Shown: positions 7,384 to 17,038 of the stretch, in pieces
How the letters are laid out: the number at the start of each line of letters is the position of its first letter
Position numbering within the stretch: the stretch's first letter is position 1
Assembly: GCA_031390075.1 (NCBI GenBank)
Contig: JANMTD010000458.1
Span: forward strand, 1-37,570
DNA length: 37,570 nt
Direction: 5' to 3'
From: Deltaproteobacteria bacterium
Lineage (GTDB): Bacteria > Myxococcota_A > UBA9160 > UBA4427
Made by a program: the position numbers and the translations under genes
Notes under the pieces: generated by a model
What the model was told of the DNA's origin: nothing
Database searches by the model: none
What the model saw: the letters and a program-made list of their open reading frames with translations, nothing else

Positions 7384-9003
7384 TCAGCGCTTCGGCTCGG
7401 GGGGCGCGGGCATCTCGTCCGCGATCTCGCGGAGCTTGTTCTTGGCGACCTTCTCGAGGGTCGCGGTCGGGAAATCGTCTCGGAAGTAGACGGCGCGCGG
7501 AACCTTGAAGCTGGCGAGCTTGCCCTTGCACTGGGCGAGGATCGCCGCGGCATGCTCGGGCTCGGAGCGTTTCTCGCCGGGAGCGCGGATCACGAAGGCG
7601 ACGGGGACCTGGTCGAGCATCTCGTGCTTGCGGCCGACGACGGCGATGTCCGCGATGCCACCGACCTCGCGGCAACAATCCTCGACCTCTCGCGCGGAGA
7701 CGTTCTCCGCCCCGACCTTGAGCGCGTCCTTGTCCCGCTCCTTGTAGAAGAAATTGCCCTCTGCGCCGAGCATGACCCGATCGCCGGTCTTGAACCAGCC
7801 GTCCTCGGTGAAGGATTTCTTCATGGCGTCGGGATTGTCGAAGTACTCGAGGAAGAGCTGGACCCCGCGGCGCCCGCGAATCCAGAGCTCGCCGGTCTCG
7901 CCCTGGCCGCACGGCTTCCCCGAGTCGGGATCGACGATCGCGAACTCGTAACCCGGCGTGGGTTTCCCCATCGAGCCGACGGGATAGGTCTGGAGCCAGT
8001 CGTTGCGGGTCGCGTGGATGACGGTCTCGGTCATGCCCCAGGCGGCCATCACGCGGATGCCGAACATCTTCTCGAGGTCCGGCATGATGAGGCCGAATAC
8101 TCCGACCTTGAGCTTGTGCTTCGGCACGGGTTGGCCCCCGATCGCCTTGAAGACGAAGGGGATCAGCGAGATGTGGGTCACGCCGTGCTTCATCACGACC
8201 TCCCAGAACCGGCTCGCCGAGAACTTCGGTTGCAGCACGACCGTCGCCCCGGCCCCGAGCGCCGTCCAGAAGGACCAGCTCTGCGCGTTCACGTGGAAGA
8301 ACGGCAGGTAGACGAGATACGTGTCGTCGGTCTTCATGTCGATGTTGGCCGGGCCCATGCGACTCGCCCAGAGCGCGTTCGCGTGGGTGTGGACGACGGC
8401 CTTGGGACGCGAGGTCGTGCCCGACGTGAACATGATGCCGGCGGGGGCCATCGGGTCGGCGGCGCGGGCGGGGAGCGAATCGCCGTCGCCCTGCAACGCC
8501 GCGAAGGACTCGAGTCCGTGGCCTCGCTCTTCGGCCGTCGCCGGATCGCCCGAGTTGTCTTCGGTCACGACGATGAAGCGGAGCTTCTTCGCGCTCTCCT
8601 TCACGAGCTTCGCGAACTGCGGCTGCGTGATGGCCCCGACGCAGTGCGTGTGCCCGGCGAAGTACTCGATCTCGGCGCCGGCGCTCTTCGTGTTGGTCGT
8701 GACCCCGACCGCGCCGAGCTTCGCGCAGGCATACCAGGAAAGGACCGCCTCGGGGCAATTCTCCGAGTGGATCAGGACCTTGTCCCCCTTCGTCACACCC
8801 CTCGCGGCGAGGCCCGCCGCGAGGTTCGCGACCTCGCGATCGAACTCCGCGTAGCTGTAGCGCCGACCCTCGCCGCTCTTCGGCTCCCAGACGAGGAAAG
8901 GATGGTCGGGTTTGTGCTTCGCCCAGTGCGACAGGAGCCAGGGGATGTCCTGGCCGGCGAATTGGAAGGCATCGACGTATTTCGGATCCAACATATCCAA
9001 CAT
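7384..9003 (-). CDS. AMP-binding acyl-CoA ligase (CaiC-like)
   Basis: FTSGTTSRPK, WGMTET, GWFKTGD and C-terminal KVAK adenylation motifs. Start at ATG 9003 or 8994. Confidence 0.93.
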   Translation of the reverse strand: MLDMLDPKYVDAFQFAGQDIPWLLSHWAKHKPDHPFLVWEPKSGEGRRYSYAEFDREVANLAAGLAARGVTKGDKVLIHSENCPEAVLSWYACAKLGAVGVTTNTKSAGAEIEYFAGHTHCVGAITQPQFAKLVKESAKKLRFIVVTEDNSGDPATAEERGHGLESFAALQGDGDSLPARAADPMAPAGIMFTSGTTSRPKAVVHTHANALWASRMGPANIDMKTDDTYLVYLPFFHVNAQSWSFWTALGAGATVVLQPKFSASRFWEVVMKHGVTHISLIPFVFKAIGGQPVPKHKLKVGVFGLIMPDLEKMFGIRVMAAWGMTETVIHATRNDWLQTYPVGSMGKPTPGYEFAIVDPDSGKPCGQGETGELWIRGRRGVQLFLEYFDNPDAMKKSFTEDGWFKTGDRVMLGAEGNFFYKERDKDALKVGAENVSAREVEDCCREVGGIADIAVVGRKHEMLDQVPVAFVIRAPGEKRSEPEHAAAILAQCKGKLASFKVPRAVYFRDDFPTATLEKVAKNKLREIADEMPAPPEPKR

Positions 9004-9132
9004 GAGGGGGGGTTCCTTTTCGATTCCCGGGGCGTCTCGCCTCGAGGTCACCTCGGGTCGAACGCGACGGGAGTGTGCCGAACGAGGATCGTCCGGTCGA
9101 CTGGCTTCGCCGGACGAGTCAGCCCCGCCCGC

Positions 9133-9885
9133 TCATGACTCCGACACGTAGCTCTGGTGCAACTGCACCGGCTCTGCCTTCGCCGGCCGGATCCGGATGT
9201 TCAGGACCTCGACGAAGATCGAGAAGGACATCGCGAAGTAGATGTAGCCCTTCGCGACGTGCTGCCCGAAGCCGTCGGCCACCAGGATGACGCCGATCAG
9301 GAGCAGGAAGGAGAGCGCCAGCATCTTCATCGTGGGATGGCGATCGATGAAGTCGGCGATCCTCCCCGCGAACACCATCATCACGCCCACCGCGATCACG
9401 ACGGCCGTGATCATGATCTCGATATGCCGCGCCATGCCGACGGCGGTGATCACCGAGTCGAGCGAGAAGACGATGTCGAGCAACACGATCTGGACGAGGA
9501 TCGCGCCGAAGGCAGCCTTCTCCCGAGGCTTGCCGTCCGTCGCATGACTCTCGCCCTCGAGCTTGTCGTGGATCTCCCAGGTCGCCTTGGCCACCAGGAA
9601 AAGCCCGCCGAGCAACAGGATCAGGTCCCGCCCCGCGAAGGAATGGTCCATCAGGGTGAAGAGCGGACGGGTCAGTCCCATGACCCAGCTGATCGCGAGC
9701 AGGAGCGCAATCCGCATGCCCATCGCCAGCAGCAGCCCGATCCGGCGCGCCCGCGCCTGGTCGGCCGCAGGCAGCTTCCCCACCAGGATGGAGATGAAGA
9801 CGATGTTGTCGATCCCGAGCACGATCTCGAGGCTCGTGAGCGTGAGAAGAGCGATGATGCTCTCGGTCGTGAATAGCTCCGCCAT
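9133..9885 (-). CDS. TerC family integral membrane protein
   Basis: LEIVLGIDNIVFI, DIVFSLDSVITAVG, HPT.KMLALSFL and KGYIYFAM motifs. Confidence 0.95.
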   Translation of the reverse strand: MAELFTTESIIALLTLTSLEIVLGIDNIVFISILVGKLPAADQARARRIGLLLAMGMRIALLLAISWVMGLTRPLFTLMDHSFAGRDLILLLGGLFLVAKATWEIHDKLEGESHATDGKPREKAAFGAILVQIVLLDIVFSLDSVITAVGMARHIEIMITAVVIAVGVMMVFAGRIADFIDRHPTMKMLALSFLLLIGVILVADGFGQHVAKGYIYFAMSFSIFVEVLNIRIRPAKAEPVQLHQSYVSES

Positions 9886-9892
9886 GCGAGTG

Positions 9893-11023
9893 CTAGTTCT
9901 CCCTTTTGGATTGGTTCTTCGATGGGTCGAGCGGTGATGGATCGAGCGGTCCGTCGATTGACAGTGCGACCGCGGGACGCGCCGGAACCTTCCAGTGCTC
10001 CCCGACGGCCATCACGCGGACGCGTTCGTCCGCTCCCGCGCGATCCGAGATGACGCGGGCGAGTTCCTGCGGCGGCCAATCGAGGGGCTCGTCGGTCAGG
10101 TCGAAGGTCCCCCAGTGCATCGGCAGCATCGCGCGCGCTCCCAGGTCGAGAAAGGCCTGGTAGGCCTCCGCCGGATCCATGTGCTGATAGGCCATGAACC
10201 AGCGCGGCTCGTAGGCCCCGATCGGCAACATCGCGACGTCGATCGGCGCGAAGCGCTTCCCGTACTCCGCGAAGCCGGCGAAATAGCCCGTATCCCCCGC
10301 GAAGAAATAGCGGTAGTCCCCCGAGTCGACGAGCCAGGCACACCAGAGCGTCTCGCGCTCCCCCTGGCCGAGGCGCCGGCTCCAGTGCTGCGACGGAAGG
10401 CACGTGATCGTGAAGCGGCCGCGGCGGGCGCTCTCCCACCAGTCGAGCTCCGTCACGTCCTCCCGGCCCCGGTCCCGGAACCAGCCGGCCAAGCCTTTCG
10501 GAACGTACCACCCGACGCTCGCCGGCAGCTCATTCACGGTCGCCTCGTCGAGGTGGTCGTAGTGGTTGTGCGAGATCACCGCGAACGCATCCGCGGGGAT
10601 CGACTCGAGCGGCAGGCCGGGCGGGACCGCGCGTGCCGGGATCAGCGCACGCTTCGAGAAATGCGGATCGGTCAGGAACACGTCGCCGCGATCATGAACG
10701 GCAAACGTCGCATGGCCGACCCAGGTAACGGTCGCAGAGTGCTCGACGCCGGCGAGGTAGCGGCCGTCGTTCTCGATCCGCGGGATGACGGGCGGACGAT
10801 CCTTGTCGTACGGATTATTGGCCGATTTCCACTGGATCATGTTCCAGAGGGACGGCCGCACGAACCGACTCCAGGGATTGAAGAACCCGTCGTCGTCGCG
10901 GTGTAGCGCGTAGAGCGCTGCGGGATCCCGATCCTCCGCCGACGTCGAGCCGAATGCGATCCCCGCCAACACGACCGCCGCGAGCGCCGCAATCGAGATC
11001 GCCGTTCTGCTCACCCTGCGCAT
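9893..11023 (-). CDS. Secreted MBL-fold metallo-hydrolase (NAPE-PLD/RomA-like)
   Basis: Signal peptide; TWVGHAT, LTDP, SHNHYDHLD, FFAGDTGY, LPIGAYEP and PMHWGTF motifs. Confidence 0.92.
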   Translation of the reverse strand: MRRVSRTAISIAALAAVVLAGIAFGSTSAEDRDPAALYALHRDDDGFFNPWSRFVRPSLWNMIQWKSANNPYDKDRPPVIPRIENDGRYLAGVEHSATVTWVGHATFAVHDRGDVFLTDPHFSKRALIPARAVPPGLPLESIPADAFAVISHNHYDHLDEATVNELPASVGWYVPKGLAGWFRDRGREDVTELDWWESARRGRFTITCLPSQHWSRRLGQGERETLWCAWLVDSGDYRYFFAGDTGYFAGFAEYGKRFAPIDVAMLPIGAYEPRWFMAYQHMDPAEAYQAFLDLGARAMLPMHWGTFDLTDEPLDWPPQELARVISDRAGADERVRVMAVGEHWKVPARPAVALSIDGPLDPSPLDPSKNQSKREN

Positions 11024-11166
11024 CACAGCACCCCCTCGAGCGGCTCGACCGGACGCCCGGCCGACAGGTCGCCGACGGCGAGTGCGACGATCCACGGCCC
11101 GTGATTCACGAGGAGAATTTGGAAGTCGGGCATTCGGGCTCGGTCCGGGGTTTCGATCCGGGCGCG

Positions 11167-12156
11167 CTACACGATACCGCTCGCCCGTCCCGGCTGGAAT
11201 CCCGGACCGGAAAGGCCCCGCGAAGCGGGAGAAGCGAAGGCGCGCGGGTCGGCAGCGGCCTTCTCGGCACTCCCGATACAGGCTGCGACGTCGTCGAGCA
11301 GTCCGTCGGAATCGCGCTCGAGCTCGAGCGACATCGCTCGATCCGGTCCGAAGCCGACTTCGCGCAGGGCCCGAAAGAACGCGATCAGGTCGAGCTTCCC
11401 CTCGCCCAGAGGACAGCCCGAAGCGAAGAAGCCCGCGCTCTCGTGATCCTTGAGGTGCACCCCGTGTACACGCGGTCCGAGCCGAAGCAACGCCTCGACC
11501 GGATCCTCGCCCGAGCGGATGAAATGGCCCGTGTCGACGCAGGCACCGAAATTCGGCGCACGGCCCGCGAGCGTGGCCTCGACGTCGGCGATCTTGTCGT
11601 AACGGGTCCAGGGGCCGTGGTTGTGGATCCCGAGCCGGACCGTCGGATGCTCGAGGCAGAGCCGGTCGAGCGCATCGAGCACATCGTCGCCGGGCGAGAT
11701 GGTGAGCAGCGGAATCCGAGCGCGCGCAGCGAATTCGAAGAGCTGCTTCGCGTGCTCGGCATCGGAGATCGAGTGCACACCGGAGGCCGAGATCGAGAGG
11801 CCCCGCGACGAGACCGCCCGGACGACCCGATCGATCTCGGCCGCGTCGTCCGTGACGGGAAAATGGGAGCCGAAGCTGTAGAAGAGGATCTCGAGGTCCG
11901 GGATCAGCTCGACCTGGCGAATCCCGAGCGAGACCAACACGTCGAGCATGGGCTCGAGCGCGTAGCGGCGGAGCGTGAAGCTCTGGATCCCGAGCGTGAG
12001 ATCGGCGCCCGCCGAGGACAGCGCAGCGAGCGCGGCCCGGGCGGACGACCCCGCGAAGGTCGCGCTCGCGAGACCGGCCAGCGCGGCGACGACGAATTCA
12101 CGCCGGGTCGCCGCGAGTCGGCGCTCCGAAGTCGAGCCTGGGTCCCGGTTCGGCAA
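11167..12156 (-). CDS. Tat-exported sugar phosphate isomerase/epimerase (AP endonuclease 2 TIM barrel)
   Basis: TRREFV twin-arginine signal; GIQSFTLR, IHNHG, DTGHF, VHLKD, LGEG.LD and SLE motifs. TTG start. Confidence 0.85.
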   Translation of the reverse strand: MPNRDPGSTSERRLAATRREFVVAALAGLASATFAGSSARAALAALSSAGADLTLGIQSFTLRRYALEPMLDVLVSLGIRQVELIPDLEILFYSFGSHFPVTDDAAEIDRVVRAVSSRGLSISASGVHSISDAEHAKQLFEFAARARIPLLTISPGDDVLDALDRLCLEHPTVRLGIHNHGPWTRYDKIADVEATLAGRAPNFGACVDTGHFIRSGEDPVEALLRLGPRVHGVHLKDHESAGFFASGCPLGEGKLDLIAFFRALREVGFGPDRAMSLELERDSDGLLDDVAACIGSAEKAAADPRAFASPASRGLSGPGFQPGRASGIV

Positions 12157-12160
12157 TGGC

Positions 12161-12739
12161 TCAGGCCTTGAGCTTGCCCGAGGCCTTGGCCGCGTGGGTC
12201 GCGATGGCGTCCATGAGGGCCGGCGAGAGGCAGTCGTAGGGAGTCAGGCCGAGCTCCTCGAGGCGATGGCGGACCTCGCCCATCCGGGCCGGGTCGGCGC
12301 CCGACTCGATGATCGAGGAGACGAAGGCGGCAAACTCGGGGGCTGCCCAGCCCTTGTCCTTCGAGAGCCCGACGTGGATGAAGTCGAGGCCGTGGAAGGG
12401 ATGCGCCTGATTCTCGATGCGGCCGAAGAGGTGGACACCGCAGGCCTTGCAGGCATGGCGCTGGATCGGCGCCTTCGGATCGACGATGGCGAGCTTCGAC
12501 TCGTTCGCGACGACCGAGAGCTTGTCGCGCGGGACTACCGCCACGAGGGAGAAGAGCGCGCCGCCGGGCTTCCAGCATTTGGTGCAGCCGCAGACGTGAT
12601 TGTGGGCGCACTGCGCCGAGACCTGGACCGACACCGCATCCTTCGCGCAATGGCAGCTCAGTCGGCCGCCGCCGAACTGCGGGTCGCCGGGCTTGACGCC
12701 GCTGTCGACGACCGGGTGGATCGAGATCGACTTGCTCAT
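12161..12739 (-). CDS. gfa: S-(hydroxymethyl)glutathione synthase (glutathione-dependent formaldehyde-activating enzyme)
   Basis: [46 protein letters not shown] and [11 protein letters not shown] closely follow Paracoccus-type Gfa. Confidence 0.95.
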   Translation of the reverse strand: MSKSISIHPVVDSGVKPGDPQFGGGRLSCHCAKDAVSVQVSAQCAHNHVCGCTKCWKPGGALFSLVAVVPRDKLSVVANESKLAIVDPKAPIQRHACKACGVHLFGRIENQAHPFHGLDFIHVGLSKDKGWAAPEFAAFVSSIIESGADPARMGEVRHRLEELGLTPYDCLSPALMDAIATHAAKASGKLKA

Positions 12740-12855
12740 GCCGAGGCCCTCGTGTGCGTCCGGTCGGCTCGCTGCTTGCCATCGATCGACGGCGGTGCAA
12801 CCCGACGCGGTGTGCCGCCGAGTATACGCCTCGAGAGGGCTACGTCAGCGCCCGC

Positions 12856-14349
12856 CTACGGCGAGTCGCCGACCTCCAGCTTGTCGGATTCGGCGAGCAC
12901 CGAGAGGTCCGCCGCGTCGTCGTCCTCGGCCTCCACGACGTCGCCCAGCATGACGTCGCCCGGATTCCGGAAGAACTCCTCTTCGGTTCTCACCTGATCG
13001 AAGGCGTCTCGGTACTCGGTCCCCGCGTCGAGCGGAATCGATTGTCCCAGGATCGAGAGCGACGGGGCGTCCGGGTCGAGCGCCGTCACGGGGCCCTCGA
13101 GCCGGACGTCGTCCTCGCCGGCCTCCGCATCTTCGCGTTTGATCGAGAGCGCGCGGGCGGCGCTCGGTCCGGTCGCGACCGCCTCGACCTCGAGGTACTG
13201 GCCGGCCTGGAGCTCGGAGAACGACAGGTTCTCGTCGTCGAGATCGCTTTCGTCCTCGAGCTCCGTATCCCCATTGGCCGAGATCGTCACACCGAGAATG
13301 ACGAGGGTCCGTGCGACGGCATCGACGCTCGTCACGGCCGCATCGATCCGGACATCGCGGCTCTCTTCGTCCTCGGACTCGACCTCGGTGGCGATCAGCA
13401 CGCCGTTTTCCAGCCTTCCCTCGCACTCGACCCGATCACCCGGCGCCGGCACGAAGCCCGGCGGCTCGAAGGTCGCCCCGGAATCGTCGATGGGGACGCC
13501 GCTGACGCAGTAGTCCGGCGACTCGGGGCAGAGGGCCACGATTCCCTCGACCTTTGCATCGTCGCTGTCGCCTCCGCCGAGTCCCGACGACTCCCGCTCG
13601 ATCTCGCTGGCATCGATTTCGTCGGCGCTGATCAGGAGCCCCTCGACCTCGACGAGGTCTCCGGCCGTGAGGGTCGTACGCGTCAGGTCGTCGAAAGTCG
13701 TCGTCGAGTCGTATCGGACGGTGATCGTCCCGAGATCGAAGATCCCGCTCCCGTCCATGTTCTTGACGAGATTGGCGACGTTTCCACGGAGCTCGACCTC
13801 GTCGTCGACCGGGAAGGCACCCTTGCGCTCGATGCGGGTCGCATGGACGGCTCCCGCCGCGTCGACGAATCCGCTGACTTCGACCACGTCGTTCATGACG
13901 AGCCCCGCGAAGCTCGCGCCGTCGTCGAACGAGGTCTGGTCGACGCGCATGATGATCGTCGTCCCCAGCACCGAGAACGTCTTCTCGAGGCCCGGCACCG
14001 TCTCGACCGGGTTGCCCTGGATCGGCCCTTCGATCGAGTCGTCGAATTCGACGCTCTGGGCTTCGCCCGAGAGGCCGTTGCCCGATCGATCGCCCTCGAC
14101 CCGCACGACCATGCCGACGCGCAGCGCAGACTCGTTCGCGACCACACCGTCGAGCTCGATCCTCGCCTGCGAGACATCCCACTCCACGCCGTTCACGAAG
14201 ATGCTCCCGAACGAGCTGATCGAGCCCTGGCTGATCCCGGTCCCGCTCATGCCTCCGCTGTCCGAAGTCGAAGAGGAGCAGGACGAGCCGAAGCCTGCGA
14301 GCACGAGAGCTCCGAGCGCGATCCACTTCATCCCCACGCGTTCATGCAT
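12856..14349 (-). CDS. Acidic multi-repeat DUF5666 protein, probable lipoprotein
   Basis: Signal peptide ending LAGFGSSC. G.I..FGSIFVNG and repeated L..G..V.VEG / A..IE units. Start at 14349 (overlapping the DUF6502 stop) or 14331. Confidence 0.82.
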   Translation of the reverse strand: MHERVGMKWIALGALVLAGFGSSCSSSTSDSGGMSGTGISQGSISSFGSIFVNGVEWDVSQARIELDGVVANESALRVGMVVRVEGDRSGNGLSGEAQSVEFDDSIEGPIQGNPVETVPGLEKTFSVLGTTIIMRVDQTSFDDGASFAGLVMNDVVEVSGFVDAAGAVHATRIERKGAFPVDDEVELRGNVANLVKNMDGSGIFDLGTITVRYDSTTTFDDLTRTTLTAGDLVEVEGLLISADEIDASEIERESSGLGGGDSDDAKVEGIVALCPESPDYCVSGVPIDDSGATFEPPGFVPAPGDRVECEGRLENGVLIATEVESEDEESRDVRIDAAVTSVDAVARTLVILGVTISANGDTELEDESDLDDENLSFSELQAGQYLEVEAVATGPSAARALSIKREDAEAGEDDVRLEGPVTALDPDAPSLSILGQSIPLDAGTEYRDAFDQVRTEEEFFRNPGDVMLGDVVEAEDDDAADLSVLAESDKLEVGDSP

Positions 14350-15184
14350 CGTCATCGTTTCCGTCCTCGAAGTAGTAGATCCCGACCATCGCGCGGCGCC
14401 GCGGCGCATCGCTCGAGACCGCCGCGACATCGCGGTCGTTTCTCGCCATGTCTTCATTGAGAGCCTCGAGCAGCCCCTGACCTCGCTCGGCCAACAGTGC
14501 GCGCAACGCAGGCAAGTAGTCGGCCGGCAGATTGTCGTAGGCGACCTTGCGCTGGAAGAAGCGAAGCGTCGCGGAGGGATCGAGGTTGTGCTCGATCGAC
14601 GCGATCAGATCGGCGACATCGGTCCCGAGGATCTCGAGCTTGGCCGCCTCGTCGCCGGCGGGAATGTAGGCCCGCTCGACCAGATGGATCCGCCCATCCT
14701 CGAGACGCACGACGGCCCCGACGCGCATGAGCTCGTCGAGCACCGCACGCGGCGGTACGTCCGCGCCGTGGAGCGCGACGAGCCGTGCGAAGGTCGGCCC
14801 CTCACTCGCGTCGAAGGGCAGCTCGGCCGGTGTACCGCTCGCGTCCCGAAACACGGAATCGACGGCCCACGCCGACACGACACGGGCGGCGCGATTGACG
14901 CGACGACGTGCCTGCGATTCCGAGACGGACGGCTCTTCCTGCATCAAACGACTGGCTTCCTTGCGCGTGAGGCCCGTCAGGACGGCCACTCTCGAGATCG
15001 TCAGCTTCCGGCCGGGGACCGTGAAGTCCTCCTCGGCCGCTTCGACGTAGGCGCGCTTCAAGAGCTCGGCGAATTGTCCGAAGGCCATGCCCCGTTTCAG
15101 GACGAGCCTAACCAGCGGGCGCAGCAGGGCGACCACGGCTCGTTCGAGTGCATCGGGGATCTTCCTCGGCAATTCTGGCTTCAC
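14342..15184 (-). CDS. DUF6502 family protein (predicted N-terminal HTH)
   Basis: LLRPLVRL, F.ELLK.AYV, ISRVAVLTGL.RKE and DV.P.AVLDEL patterns. Adjacent to DUF5666 genes. Confidence 0.82.
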   Translation of the reverse strand: MKPELPRKIPDALERAVVALLRPLVRLVLKRGMAFGQFAELLKRAYVEAAEEDFTVPGRKLTISRVAVLTGLTRKEASRLMQEEPSVSESQARRRVNRAARVVSAWAVDSVFRDASGTPAELPFDASEGPTFARLVALHGADVPPRAVLDELMRVGAVVRLEDGRIHLVERAYIPAGDEAAKLEILGTDVADLIASIEHNLDPSATLRFFQRKVAYDNLPADYLPALRALLAERGQGLLEALNEDMARNDRDVAAVSSDAPRRRAMVGIYYFEDGNDDDA

Positions 15185-15215
15185 CTTCCGGCGGGCATCC
15201 GACTTTCAGAGGTGG

Positions 15216-15259
15216 GGGCGTCCCGGCCGGATCACCGCAGCGACCCGGCCGGAACGCCC
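15216..15259 (-). terminator. 20-bp intercistronic stem-loop (terminator or mRNA-stabilising hairpin)
   Basis: Minus strand gggcgttccggccgggtcgc-tgcg-gtgatccggccgggacgccc pairs fully when G-U is allowed. No U-tract. Confidence 0.55.
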
Positions 15260-15306
15260 GACTTCTCTAGCCCAACCGACCCGGGCTGTCGCCCGGATCG
15301 CGAGGC

Positions 15307-16893
15307 TCAATCGTCGTCGCCATCGTCGTCCTCGTCGTCATCGTTCTCGTCGTCGTCATCGTCATCCGAGTCATCATCATCCGAGTCGTCGTCGTCGCCG
15401 CCGCCATGGCCGCTGTCGTCGTCCTCGAGATCCGGCTGCTGGAGCTCGACCTCGTCGGCCACGTCGAACACGGTCTCGTCGCCGTCCTGGTCGTCGTCGG
15501 CCTGGACGATGATGCCGGGGGTCAGGGCGGCGTAGAAGGCCGCTTCGGTCGTGGGGATGTCGTCGTCGGTCTCGAACTCGGTGCCCGCATCCGTCTGGAT
15601 CGTGACGCCGAGGATCGTGAACATCCGGCCGACTGCATCGATCATGTCGACGGGCCCCCGGAGCCGGAGGTCGTCGCCCACTTCCCGCTCGAGCCGGGTC
15701 GCCGTCACGCTGCCATCCGCCCGGGCCACGCCGCGGACTTCGAGGAAGTCGCCCGCTTCGACGTCCGCGAGTCCGAACGCCTCGTCGTCGTCGCGGCGGT
15801 CGCGGATCTCCGTCGCGGAATCGACGTGGATCGGGATGTCGAGGAGCAGAAGCGTCCCCGCCACCGCATCCACGTCCAGGCTGTCCGCGACCTCCGCGTG
15901 AATGCGGACCTCGCTCGACTTGAACTTGATCTTCTCCGCCACGAGCACACCCGCAGCGTCGATCTCACCCTCCGCTTCGACGCGGATGCCGTCGCGCAGC
16001 AGCGTCGGATCGTTCGGCTCGAAGCGCGCGCGCGACGCGTCGACGGGCTGGCCCGCGACCTTGAAGGCCGCGAGCGAAACGAACTCGGTCACGATGCCGT
16101 GGATCTCGGTCTCGTCGAAGTCGTCGTCGCCGTGATCCCGGAGAGATTCGATCTCGCTCGCCGCAATGCCGTCGTTCGCCAGCAGTCGGCCTTCGACGCG
16201 CACCTCGAGTCCGTCGCGAAGCCCCTGCAGCCCGAAATCATCGATCTCGGTAGTCCCGTCGAATGTCACTTCGCTGGTCCCGATCAGGAAGCTGCTGCCC
16301 GCCAGACCGCTGATCGTGCCCGCGACCTTGACCTCGGAAGAGCCCACGGCCGGGAGTCCGCGGTCGCGCAGGTGGGTGACCTCGATGTCGCCCTCGGCGT
16401 TCGCGAAGCCCGAGACCTCGACGATGCGATCCTCGGCCAGCGTGTCGAAGCTGACGTCGCGCAGACGCGTCTCCGCACGGGAGACGAGCGTCCGGATGCC
16501 GAAGATCGTGAGCACCTTGTTGTCGGGCCCGAGCTCCTCGATCCCGCGCACCGGCCCGCGCAGGCGCGACTCGAAGCGAACGCGCTCGGCGGTGCAGCTC
16601 CCGTCACTTTCCCGTCGGCCTTCGACCCGGACGATCATCCCGATCCCGAGATCGGCCTGGGTGCCGGGTCGACCGTCGATCTCGAACGCCGCGGCGTCCG
16701 TGTTCCAGCGAACGCCGTTCATGATCACGCTGCCGAACCCCGTGATGGGCCCCTCGGACGAAGCGGTGCCGGCCGTCTGTCCGCCATCCCCTCCGTCGCT
16801 CCCAGCCCCGCCGTCGCTGCACGCGAGGTGGAGTGCGACCACAGCGAAAGCCAGCGCGCGCCCCCATCCCCCTCTGATTTTCGTCGTCTGCAT
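15307..16893 (-). CDS. Acidic multi-repeat DUF5666 lipoprotein with a poly-Asp C-terminal tail
   Basis: Signal plus lipobox-like LHLAC; GPITGFGSVIMNG; repeated L..G..V.VEG units. ATG 16893. Paralogous to 12856-14349. Confidence 0.85.
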   Translation of the reverse strand: MQTTKIRGGWGRALAFAVVALHLACSDGGAGSDGGDGGQTAGTASSEGPITGFGSVIMNGVRWNTDAAAFEIDGRPGTQADLGIGMIVRVEGRRESDGSCTAERVRFESRLRGPVRGIEELGPDNKVLTIFGIRTLVSRAETRLRDVSFDTLAEDRIVEVSGFANAEGDIEVTHLRDRGLPAVGSSEVKVAGTISGLAGSSFLIGTSEVTFDGTTEIDDFGLQGLRDGLEVRVEGRLLANDGIAASEIESLRDHGDDDFDETEIHGIVTEFVSLAAFKVAGQPVDASRARFEPNDPTLLRDGIRVEAEGEIDAAGVLVAEKIKFKSSEVRIHAEVADSLDVDAVAGTLLLLDIPIHVDSATEIRDRRDDDEAFGLADVEAGDFLEVRGVARADGSVTATRLEREVGDDLRLRGPVDMIDAVGRMFTILGVTIQTDAGTEFETDDDIPTTEAAFYAALTPGIIVQADDDQDGDETVFDVADEVELQQPDLEDDDSGHGGGDDDDSDDDDSDDDDDDENDDDEDDDGDDD

Positions 16894-17022
16894 CTCTCGT
16901 CTCCCTGGGGCTTGGACCGGCCGGCCCACCCTGCTGCGAGAACCGCGAGTGGAGCCACTGCATGGGGCGAACTCCCTCGCCGTCATCCTCGAACTGCTCT
17001 TCGGTCGGGAGCGTAGTTTGTT

Positions 17023-17038
17023 TGGTCTTTTTTGACCA
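17023..17038. promoter_or_regulatory. Candidate operator palindrome TGGTC-N6-GACCA in an AT-rich divergent promoter
   Basis: tggtc tttttt gacca inside the AT-rich patch at about 17013-17060. Confidence 0.4.

Noticed and set aside
7325-8758. Long N-terminal extension of the CMD ORF (591 aa)
   Set aside because: It is an alternative-frame reading of the acyl-CoA ligase gene. A strong RBS precedes ATG 7324.
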